Shown here: positions 46,394 to 53,496 of the stretch, piece by piece
How positions within the stretch are numbered: position 1 is the first letter of the stretch
Layout: the number at the start of each line of letters is the position of its first letter
Program-made: the position numbers and the translations under genes
Source: Bacillota bacterium
GTDB taxonomy: Bacteria > Bacillota > Limnochordia > DTU087
Assembly: GCA_012735435.1 (NCBI GenBank)
Contig: JAAYHH010000014.1
Span: 1 to 53,496 of the forward strand
Direction of reading: 5' to 3'
Length of the DNA stretch: 53,496 nucleotides
Notes under the pieces: model-generated
The model's database searches: none
Seen by the model: the letters and a program-made list of their open reading frames with translations, nothing else
What the model was told of the DNA's origin: nothing

Positions 46394-46927
46394 TTAGTAG
46401 TTCTCGGCCTTCTCCTGGAAGTAGGCCCTAGGATGTGCACATGCGGGGCATACGTGAGGCGGCTCAGTGCCCTCGTGAACATAACCGCAGTTTCGGCACT
46501 GCCAGCGGATGGGTTCTGGACGGGTAAACACAGTACCCTCCTCCACCCGCTTCAAGAGTGCCAGATACCGTTTCTCATGCTCCTCCTCCACCTCGGCTAC
46601 CTCATGGAAGAAATCAGCAATCTCATCAAAGCCCTCTTCCCGTGCGACGGCCTCGAAACTCTTGTACATCTCGCTCCACTCGTAATTTTCGCCGGCGGCA
46701 GCATCCTTGAGGTTCTGTGCAGTATCGCCAACGATGCCCAAGAAGCGGGCGATCCGCTTGGCATGCTCCAGCTCGTGCTCGGCTGTCTCCATGAATATGC
46801 CGGCGATCTGCTCAAAACCTGCTTTCTTGGCCTCTTTTGCATACATCCAGTACTTGTTGCGGGCCTGAGACTCACCGGCAAAGGCAGTCCAGAGATTTTT
46901 TTCTGTTTGTGAACCCTTGATGTTCAT
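46394..46927 (-). CDS. rbr: rubrerythrin
   Basis: Start refined to ATG 46927, which follows [31 protein letters not shown] diiron motifs, and a C-terminal rubredoxin CRNCG...CPAC. Confidence 0.93.
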   Translation of the reverse strand: MNIKGSQTEKNLWTAFAGESQARNKYWMYAKEAKKAGFEQIAGIFMETAEHELEHAKRIARFLGIVGDTAQNLKDAAAGENYEWSEMYKSFEAVAREEGFDEIADFFHEVAEVEEEHEKRYLALLKRVEEGTVFTRPEPIRWQCRNCGYVHEGTEPPHVCPACAHPRAYFQEKAENY

Positions 46928-46943
46928 GTATACCCCTCCTGTT

Positions 46944-46968
46944 AATGATAACAATTCGCTTTATCATT
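46944..46968 (-). promoter_or_regulatory. inverted repeat AATGATAA-N9-TTATCATT (candidate Fur-family operator)
   Basis: Perfect 8-bp arms at 46944-46951 and 46961-46968, lying between the predicted -10 and the SD of rbr. Confidence 0.4.
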
Positions 46969-46969
46969 T

Positions 46970-46998
46970 ATTTTATATGCCTGCAGGAGTCTTGTCAA
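46970..46998 (-). promoter_or_regulatory. rbr promoter
   Basis: Minus strand: TTGACA (46993-46998), 17-nt spacer, TAAAAT (46970-46975). Confidence 0.6.
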
Positions 46999-47087
46999 AC
47001 TCTGCAGGGGTAAATACTGCCCGATTACCAGCCCCTAGATCATTATACTGTCATGCTGCCCATTACCATGATTTTTTCAAAACAATC

Positions 47088-48698
47088 TCATTGATCTTCG
47101 CCTTCATTTTCACCTTCATCGCCGGTCTTGATATCCCGAACTGAAGACTCCAGATTGCTTGCTGTAACTGCCAGCATCTGTGAGGAGTTGCTGATCTCCT
47201 GCACCGTAGCCGATTGCTGCTGCGTTGCTGCTGCGATTTCTTCGCTTCCTGCTGCTAGTCCTTCCGCAGCCCCAGCGATAGCTTGAATCCTGGAGCTCAT
47301 GGTATCGATGGATTCAATGATCTGCCTGAGAAGCTCAGCCGCGTTCTCCACCGCGCTGGCTCCATCGGCTACTGCCCGGCTGCCCTGTTCCATGCTCTCC
47401 AATGTCTCATCGGACCGCTTCGCAACTCTAGATATCAAAGCGGCGATCTCGCCGGAGGCTTGACTGGATCTTTCAGCCAGACGGCGTACTTCCTCCGCAA
47501 CTACTGCGAAGCCGCGTCCCTGCTCACCGGCCCGAGCAGCTTCAATGGCGGCATTAAGGGCCAGCAAGTTAATCTGATCGGCTATATCCGCAATGGTGGC
47601 GGTAATTGTTTCAATCATACTCGTTTCCTGATTCAGGTCCTTCACCGAATCAGCCAGCTGACCAACGACTGCTTCGATCTCATCCATTCGCTGCAGCACA
47701 TCATCCAGCCGTTCTGATCCGTTCCGGCCCGACTTAGCGATAGCCTCAGCGTTCTTAGCCATCTCATTGGCATCGAAGCTCACTTGCTGCACATGGGCAG
47801 CAAACTCCGATGCAGCCGATGCCACTTCTTGGGTGGATGCCGTCATTTCGTCCATCGCCCTAGCCACCTGATGGCTGGTGTCGTTGATAGCCACAGCTGA
47901 CCGGCGGACCTCACCGACAATATCCCGTACATGGGCAACAAATTCGTTGATGGCATTGGCCATTTTCTCACACTCATCGCCTGATTCGATCGAGAGTGAA
48001 CCTGTCAAATCTCCATGGGAAACTTCCTCTGCCATGCCCAATACCGCCTGCAGTGTGCGGTGAATGCTGGTAGTAAACCGCAGAACCAGAATAATGCTGA
48101 GCCCGAGGGTAATCAGGATAGCAAGCCATAGAGTCCTGATAGTCTGGGCCTCCATCCTTTCTGCAGCCTTGACAGTGGCTGAGGCTGCTGACTGGGCATC
48201 TACTCTCACATCTGCCAATATCTGACGGACCTGATTGAGATTTGGCGCTACTTGGGTTTGATAATCAATAAGTAAATCCTGCAAGGGAACGCTGCTGTCC
48301 CTCAGCCTCAGAACTTCCCGTGCTCCCTCATGGAGCCGCTGGTGGGGTGTTTCAAGCGCCATAATCTTCTTTTGCATATTCTGGGGCAGCTCTTGGAATT
48401 CTTCTGAGGCAGTATAAGAATAGAACCATTTGCCCAAGTTGCACGCAGTGGGATCAAGTTGACCAGTAAAGGGTTCCCCCAAGAGAAGGGCGGTTAAAAG
48501 ATCTACATCCCAAGCCAGATGATCGATTTCCCGCTCTGCCATAAAGGTGGCCAGTTTCTCCTGGTCAATGGCGTGCCATTGTGCCGTTTTCCAGTTGTCC
48601 ATCAACCGGAAAACAACACCAGTGCCGAAGAGCATTAATCCGATGATAACGCCAAAGGTAATCAGAAGCTTGCCTCTCATAGATAATCTTATTTTCAT
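47088..48698 (-). CDS. methyl-accepting chemotaxis protein with extracytoplasmic CZB-like sensor, HAMP and MCP signalling domain
   Basis: Start refined to ATG 48698, which follows GGGAGG. Two TM helices flank a ~150-aa loop. HAMP domain present, and the signalling hairpin carries [32 protein letters not shown]. Confidence 0.9.
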   Translation of the reverse strand: MKIRLSMRGKLLITFGVIIGLMLFGTGVVFRLMDNWKTAQWHAIDQEKLATFMAEREIDHLAWDVDLLTALLLGEPFTGQLDPTACNLGKWFYSYTASEEFQELPQNMQKKIMALETPHQRLHEGAREVLRLRDSSVPLQDLLIDYQTQVAPNLNQVRQILADVRVDAQSAASATVKAAERMEAQTIRTLWLAILITLGLSIILVLRFTTSIHRTLQAVLGMAEEVSHGDLTGSLSIESGDECEKMANAINEFVAHVRDIVGEVRRSAVAINDTSHQVARAMDEMTASTQEVASAASEFAAHVQQVSFDANEMAKNAEAIAKSGRNGSERLDDVLQRMDEIEAVVGQLADSVKDLNQETSMIETITATIADIADQINLLALNAAIEAARAGEQGRGFAVVAEEVRRLAERSSQASGEIAALISRVAKRSDETLESMEQGSRAVADGASAVENAAELLRQIIESIDTMSSRIQAIAGAAEGLAAGSEEIAAATQQQSATVQEISNSSQMLAVTASNLESSVRDIKTGDEGENEGEDQ

Positions 48699-48904
48699 GG
48701 CTAACCTCCCTAACCAGTAAGAACCATCCTTGGACTTTATACCCATGGAGCACGAAATCTAATCCAGTGGCCTGGAGAAATTATTCTACACTAAAGCTTG
48801 TGAATGGAAACATTACTCCCTTTGCTGCCACATTACCTCTGGTATCCTCGGGGCATACTCTTCGTATCGGCATAGAGTATTAGTGGAACCAAGGGTGATA
48901 TAAA

Positions 48905-49957
48905 GTGGCAGACTTTCTCCGAGAAGAACCGCATCAACCGTCATTTCCTCTCAATCTCCCCAAATACCGATTTGCCATCTACGGCGGGATTGCAGTTATC
49001 CTCGGGCCGATGACTTTGTGGTTTTTGAGACGGTTCCTGCCGGGCCAGCCCATTTTATTGCCCCTAAGGGATATTAATTTTCCCCCGCTGCTGACAGCTT
49101 TGATCCTTCTTATCATCTCCTGGGCGGCTAGACTCCTTCGGATGTGGTGTCTGCTTCAGCCCTTGGCTGAAAATCTTGCCCCCGGAGACTTTATCAAGAG
49201 CTATCTGGCAGGAGCATTTGTTTCCCATGTCACCCCCAGTGCCGCTGGGGGATATCCCTTTTTTCTCTTCTTGCTTTATCAGCAAGGGGTGCCGGCAGGC
49301 AAATCCCTAGCCGTCAGCCTCATAGATTCAGTTAACACCGGCCTCACCCTCGGGCTGATGGTAACGACAGGGGCCCTGTTCTTTTATATTCATGTGTCTG
49401 CCGCCGACAACTGGCTTCCAGCTGCAGTAATCGGAATCCTGCTCCTAGTCCTTCCGGCATTGGCCCTGCTGGTCTTTGCCGGCAAGATATCACAAATAAC
49501 CTCTGAACTATCCCGGAAAAACCACGGCTTAAGCAGGAAAATAGCTGCCTTGGCAGCTCGGGCTGTGGGAGAAGTTCAAAGGTTTGAATCGGCCATAACC
49601 ATCTTTTGGCGTGACCATCGGCCGCTTTTGTTTACGAATCTATGCTTCAACCTTATGTACTGGATTTCCTATCTTTCCATAACCCCCCTGCTCCTTAAAG
49701 CAGTGGGAGGCGGAGCACCCTGGCCGGTAATGGTCGGAAGCCAGATTGCTACTCAGTTTGCCCAATACTTAATCCCCACCCCAGGAGCCGCCGGCGGAAT
49801 AGAAGTTACCATGGCCTTGCTGATCCGCAACCTGCTTTCCCATGAGCAGCTGATGACTTTTCTAGCCCTTTGGCGGTTCTACACCTATTATATTAGCCTA
49901 TTTGGAACCAGCCTGACCATACCGTGGACCCTGGGCCTCTTGCGGAAAATTCAATAG
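48905..49957 (+). CDS. LPG-synthase-TM / UPF0104 flippase-like membrane protein
   Basis: Polytopic; characteristic TPSAAGG and PTPGAAGGIE motifs; GTG start follows AAGGGTGA. Confidence 0.7.
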   Translation: MADFLREEPHQPSFPLNLPKYRFAIYGGIAVILGPMTLWFLRRFLPGQPILLPLRDINFPPLLTALILLIISWAARLLRMWCLLQPLAENLAPGDFIKSYLAGAFVSHVTPSAAGGYPFFLFLLYQQGVPAGKSLAVSLIDSVNTGLTLGLMVTTGALFFYIHVSAADNWLPAAVIGILLLVLPALALLVFAGKISQITSELSRKNHGLSRKIAALAARAVGEVQRFESAITIFWRDHRPLLFTNLCFNLMYWISYLSITPLLLKAVGGGAPWPVMVGSQIATQFAQYLIPTPGAAGGIEVTMALLIRNLLSHEQLMTFLALWRFYTYYISLFGTSLTIPWTLGLLRKIQ

Positions 49958-50988
49958 TCATCGATTCCCCAGCTAACCAGTTTAGATGTACCGCAGTCGC
50001 CCTTGCTGATGCCGTGAAACAGCTCACTGACATTAGTCTGGGGTAGTCTATCCCGAAGTCTTCTATTATTCACCCTGATCATAAGACCCTGCTTTACTTC
50101 CAATTTAGCGGGAAAATCAGCCGCAACCGCCGCTGGATAAGCTGCTGGAAGAGGCTTGCCGTCCCCCAGGCTCCAAGCAGCATGCTGAATCAGCTTCCGA
50201 AAGCTGTCAGCTTCATCCTCCCTGCAGGCAAAATCGTTGACAATAAGAATATCTTTGCCAGCATCCTTGGCCGCCACAAGATAGGCTTTGATTTCTCCAG
50301 CCTCCAGCAGCACCCAGCCCCTCCCCCGGCCTTGGGCAAACCATCCTCGGGTAATCTCTGTCCTCACCCAATCCTGCCAATAGTCCCGCCGATCCCGGAC
50401 AATGGGACCGTTTAACCGGCAGGAATACAAGTGATACAAATTCATTACCTGCTGCAGCTCCTGGGAGTCCCAAAGATTAAGCAAGCGGATATCCTTACAC
50501 CTCAGCGGTTGGATTTCTGCCTGCTTCCAATAGGTAATTACCTCCTCCCAGCCGAAGCGGCTGTAATGCCTGGGACTCCCGGTGGCGAGCATGGAAAAAT
50601 CCATATCCTCTGATTCCATATAGTCTATAGCCATCTCCAAGAGCTTCCCGGATAATCCCCGGCGCCGGTAGGGTTCCTTTGTGCTTACCTCCCCGATGCC
50701 GCCCATGGTGAATATCTCCCCGCCAAGATATATCCGGCGGTGAAACACCCGGACAGTACTCAGGATTTCACCGGCCTCTACTGCCACCAAAATCCCGCGG
50801 AGCTTCCGCCACGGGTCATTGTACCAGTGATTCATGAAGTACTGACGGGAAGCCTCTAGGTCATTATGTTGATTAAAGACAAGGGCACAGTGATCAAACC
50901 ATGCATCCATTTCCGATGCCTTTAGGGCTCGAAATTCCACCAACGGGCTCCCCCCTGCCCAGGTTGTCATAGTGATGGAAAAAGCCAT
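49951..50988 (-). CDS. GNAT-family N-acetyltransferase (multi-domain, Eis-like length)
   Basis: GIGEVSTKEPYRRRGLSGKLL acetyl-CoA-binding motif. The more likely start is GTG 50940, which follows GGGGGGAG. The 3' end overlaps the convergent gene by 7 nt. Confidence 0.7.
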   Translation of the reverse strand: MAFSITMTTWAGGSPLVEFRALKASEMDAWFDHCALVFNQHNDLEASRQYFMNHWYNDPWRKLRGILVAVEAGEILSTVRVFHRRIYLGGEIFTMGGIGEVSTKEPYRRRGLSGKLLEMAIDYMESEDMDFSMLATGSPRHYSRFGWEEVITYWKQAEIQPLRCKDIRLLNLWDSQELQQVMNLYHLYSCRLNGPIVRDRRDYWQDWVRTEITRGWFAQGRGRGWVLLEAGEIKAYLVAAKDAGKDILIVNDFACREDEADSFRKLIQHAAWSLGDGKPLPAAYPAAVAADFPAKLEVKQGLMIRVNNRRLRDRLPQTNVSELFHGISKGDCGTSKLVSWGIDDY

Positions 50989-50996
50989 TGAAGAAA

Positions 50997-51027
50997 AAGG
51001 ACCGAACCCAGACCGGGTCCAGTCCTT
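50997..51027 (-). terminator. terminator after the oxidoreductase gene
   Basis: Minus strand: AAGGAC...GTCCTT stem followed by TTTCTTC. Confidence 0.5.
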
Positions 51028-51045
51028 AGCTCCCGCTTTATGCCG

Positions 51046-52155
51046 TTAGGAATCACAGCAGCAGCAGTCTTTATCGTTTAAGTACACCGGCTTGCCGGTC
51101 TTGGCCGACTCATAGATGGCCTCAAGGATCTGGGTCACGACATAAGCCTCACGGGGCTTTACCAAAGGCTCAGTGTCATTGACAATGGAATCGATCCAAT
51201 GTTTAGCCTCAGCAAAACCGGCATCCTCATGGACAGCCTCGTAGAAAGCTACTCCCTCTCCATGCAGGGCAGGCTTAGTTGTATAGAGCTTGCTGAATTT
51301 CTCACCGTTAATCCGCAAGCCGTCAAACATGTCCGCTCCTGCTTTCGTTCCGCAGAGCACTGTCATGGCCTCGCCCACTTGCAGCGTATTTAGAGCCCAG
51401 CTGGCTTCCAGAATCACTGTCATGCCGTTCTCGAACTGAACAAAGCCAAAGGCAGAATCCTCTGTGGTAAATTCCTTAGGATCCCATGGGCCCCACGGAT
51501 TGGCTGCGTTCTCTGTATCCGCCAACTTCCGATAAGTAACGCCCATGACGCTCACCGGCTTGTAGTTGTTGGTGAACCAGAGGGTGAGGTCCAGAGCATG
51601 GGTGCCGATATCGATTAGCGGACCTCCGCCCTGCCGCTCTGCATCCAAGAAAATTCCCCAAGTTGGTACGCCCCGGCGCCTGACAGCTAGGGCCTTGGCA
51701 AAATAGATCTCGCCTAGCTCACCGGCGTCGCACAGCCGCTTGAGATATTGGGAATCAGCACGGAAACGGTTCTGGTACCCAATGGTTAGCTTCTTTCCTG
51801 TCCGCTCCGCTGCTTCTACCATGGCCAAGGCCTGCTCGGAGTTGATGGCCATGGGCTTTTCACACATTACATGCTTCCCTGCTTCCAAAGCTGCCACAGT
51901 GATCTCGGCGTGCACATCATTAGGGGTTAGAACATGGACAACATCAAGATCCTCCAGAGCGACAAGATCCCGATAATCGGTAAATACCTTTGCATCGGGA
52001 GTTCCATATTGGTGGGCACCTTTTTCTGCTCTTTCCTTAATCACGTCACAGAAGGCAACCATCTCGACATTGTCAAGTTTAGCCAAACTAGGCATATGTT
52101 TGCCGTTGGCAATGCCGCCCACACCGACTATACCGACCCTCAGTTTCTTGCTCAT
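51046..52155 (-). CDS. Gfo/Idh/MocA-family oxidoreductase with C-terminal CCCC tail
   Basis: Start refined to ATG 52155, which follows GGGGAGG. VGIVGVGGIANGKH Rossmann motif and CEKPMA. Ends ...DKDCCCCDS. Confidence 0.9.
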   Translation of the reverse strand: MSKKLRVGIVGVGGIANGKHMPSLAKLDNVEMVAFCDVIKERAEKGAHQYGTPDAKVFTDYRDLVALEDLDVVHVLTPNDVHAEITVAALEAGKHVMCEKPMAINSEQALAMVEAAERTGKKLTIGYQNRFRADSQYLKRLCDAGELGEIYFAKALAVRRRGVPTWGIFLDAERQGGGPLIDIGTHALDLTLWFTNNYKPVSVMGVTYRKLADTENAANPWGPWDPKEFTTEDSAFGFVQFENGMTVILEASWALNTLQVGEAMTVLCGTKAGADMFDGLRINGEKFSKLYTTKPALHGEGVAFYEAVHEDAGFAEAKHWIDSIVNDTEPLVKPREAYVVTQILEAIYESAKTGKPVYLNDKDCCCCDS

Positions 52156-52293
52156 TCCTGTACCTCCCCGCATTGTGATTGGCTGACAATTTTGATTGTT
52201 ATACTTTGCCATATTCTACAGCTATGTTTCGCCGCAGCAGCGAAAGTTCCTCTTTATAGTGACACTGTAAAACTATATCCATGCTCAATCTAT

Positions 52294-52322
52294 AACGGGA
52301 AAGGGCTGCCCGAGAGCAGCCC
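52294..52322 (-). terminator. hairpin after the repeat-protein gene
   Basis: Minus strand: GGGCTGC-tctcgg-GCAGCCC followed by TTTCCCGTT. Confidence 0.5.
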
Positions 52323-52381
52323 CTCTATTGCGCACTGCACTAGATGTAAGTTCCCCCTGAGAGGACTGGAGTCAGACTATA

Positions 52382-53496
52382 TTACCAATCATCTTCCGAA
52401 CTCCACTCCTCTTCGATCTCCCATTCCCATTGCCAGTCGGCGTCGTCACCCCACTCTTCATATGTTGCCCAATCTTCCCGCAGATCCAGCACGATGTCTT
52501 TACGGGTGACAGTGCCGGCTTCAACGACTATTTCCACCCGCTGCTCCGCATAGCCATCGGTAATCCGCAGTTGGTACTTGCCTTCCCTTAATTCACCATG
52601 CCATATTCCTCTATTATCATCATACTCCAAGTGACAGACGTAGGTATCATATTCGCCCCACTGACTAAATTCACCGACGGTAAAGAGCATCACCTGCAGC
52701 CAGCCGTATTGTTCGGCCCCCACAAGGTCAACTTGTATCTGACCGATACCGCCCAGCTCGATAGTTCTCTCGGTGATGGACCCTCCCACGACTTCAATAC
52801 CGTACAGATGCTGATCTGAAAAGCCCTCACCAAGGTTAATCATTAGGAGGTCGTAAGCACCACTTCTCAGCTCCAATTCGAATACACCCGATGATGTCTG
52901 CTCTAGGTCAGCCACCCATGCATCACTGTCGAACTCAGCACCAGCCTCGTACACCATGACCCGGGAATAGTACGTGTCATGGGGTTTCCCTCCAGAGGTG
53001 AGTCTCAGCCTGAGCTTGCCTAGCCCGCCCAGCTCAATTGTCTTTTGAGTGACGACTCCGCCTTTAACCTCAATCCCAACTAGTTCTTTATCCGGGAAAC
53101 CGTCTCCTAAACGAATGAGTTTGAGGTCGTATTTTCCCGCCTTGAGCACACCCTCGTATACGCCCCTGGCCACTCGCTCTAGATCAACTATCCAAGCCTC
53201 GCTATCGAATTCGGCCCCGGCCTTGTAGACCATAACCCGCGGGTCACCAGCCCCGTGAGGCCTGCCGTCGGAACTAAGCCTTATTTGCAGCTTGCCTGCT
53301 GCACCGACCTCGATAATCCTCTCTGTAACCTCTCCTCCGACGATCTCGACATCTAATATTTCCTCATCCGGATAGCCGGCTCCCAGGCGAGTTATCTTGA
53401 GATCATACTTACCATATCTGAGTTCCCGTTCGTAGACAGCTTGAGATACTTGCTCCAGATCAGTTACCCAAGCATCGCCATCAAATCCCACACCAG
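52382..53496 (-). CDS. repeat protein (3' part only; N-terminus outside the window) of 92-aa beta-rich modules with a Trp/acidic C-terminal tail
   Basis: The reading frame is open to the window edge. The sequence before the track's GTG 'start' (..GVGFDGDAW) matches the repeat junction (..GAEFDSEAW), so the gene continues upstream. Confidence 0.7.
   Translation of the reverse strand, partial: GVGFDGDAWVTDLEQVSQAVYERELRYGKYDLKITRLGAGYPDEEILDVEIVGGEVTERIIEVGAAGKLQIRLSSDGRPHGAGDPRVMVYKAGAEFDSEAWIVDLERVARGVYEGVLKAGKYDLKLIRLGDGFPDKELVGIEVKGGVVTQKTIELGGLGKLRLRLTSGGKPHDTYYSRVMVYEAGAEFDSDAWVADLEQTSSGVFELELRSGAYDLLMINLGEGFSDQHLYGIEVVGGSITERTIELGGIGQIQVDLVGAEQYGWLQVMLFTVGEFSQWGEYDTYVCHLEYDDNRGIWHGELREGKYQLRITDGYAEQRVEIVVEAGTVTRKDIVLDLREDWATYEEWGDDADWQWEWEIEEEWSSEDDW
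52646..53473 (-). repeat. three in-frame tandem copies of a 276-bp (92-codon) unit
   Basis: Units run 53473-53198, 53197-52922 and 52921-52646, each starting AW(V/I).DLE. Copies 1 and 2 are roughly 55-60% identical at protein level by eye. A fourth, degenerate unit follows, and a fifth starts beyond the window. Confidence 0.8.

Noticed and set aside
46310-46912. 200-aa plus-strand ORF
   Set aside because: It is antisense to rubrerythrin, whose motifs are unambiguous, and it spans the intergenic terminator hairpin.
53491-53496. GTG at 53491 offered as the start of the repeat protein
   Set aside because: The frame stays open to the window edge, and the residues around it match the internal repeat junction. 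The gene is truncated by the window rather than starting here.
1-53496. Search for CRISPR arrays, IS elements, transposases, integrases, phage genes and known defence-system genes
   Set aside because: No regularly spaced short repeats, no terminal inverted repeats flanking an ORF, and no recombinase, RT or nuclease-ATPase defence-like gene sets were seen. The only tandem repeats are the coding 276-bp units and short promoter or leader repeats.

Overview
This is a 53.5-kb chromosomal segment, roughly 50% GC by eye. Gene content suggests a Gram-positive, probably spore-forming anaerobe (Clostridia/Peptococcaceae-like): LDH/Etf genes, rubrerythrin, a CotJC-like ferritin-fold protein, GGAGG-type Shine-Dalgarno sites and frequent GTG/TTG starts. 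About 55 densely packed protein genes lie on both strands, with one stand-alone tRNA-Arg(UCG), one FMN riboswitch upstream of ribU, and many hairpin terminators. Recognisable modules are: (1) a Fur-family regulator with a secreted MBL-fold hydrolase and DUF3006 proteins; (2) thioredoxin; (3) an etfB-etfA-FAD-LDH (lctBCD-like) operon; (4) a MurNAc recycling cluster (murR-murQ-kinase plus a divergent CUT1 ABC importer); (5) RtcB; (6) PncB and PlsC; (7) a ZIP transporter; (8) rubrerythrin; (9) an MCP; (10) several oxidoreductases. I found no CRISPR array, IS/transposase, integrase, phage genes or recognisable defence genes, so I cannot name one clear-cut novel system. The best candidates for follow-up are: (a) a URO-D/MtaA-like barrel fused to a CPPC thioredoxin-fold module and translationally coupled to a divergent COG0523 GTPase; (b) a partial protein built of 92-aa (276-bp) tandem repeats ending in a Trp/acidic tail; (c) an MCP whose extracytoplasmic loop matches the full CZB zinc-binding motif; (d) four DnaA-box-like sites within 44 bp, with no dnaA in the window; (e) a ferritin/Mn-catalase-like gene coupled to the lctBCD-like operon; (f) a 33-aa Arg-rich tiny membrane ORF missed by the ORF track, behind a structured leader. 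All family calls come from motif recognition by eye and none has been checked against a database.
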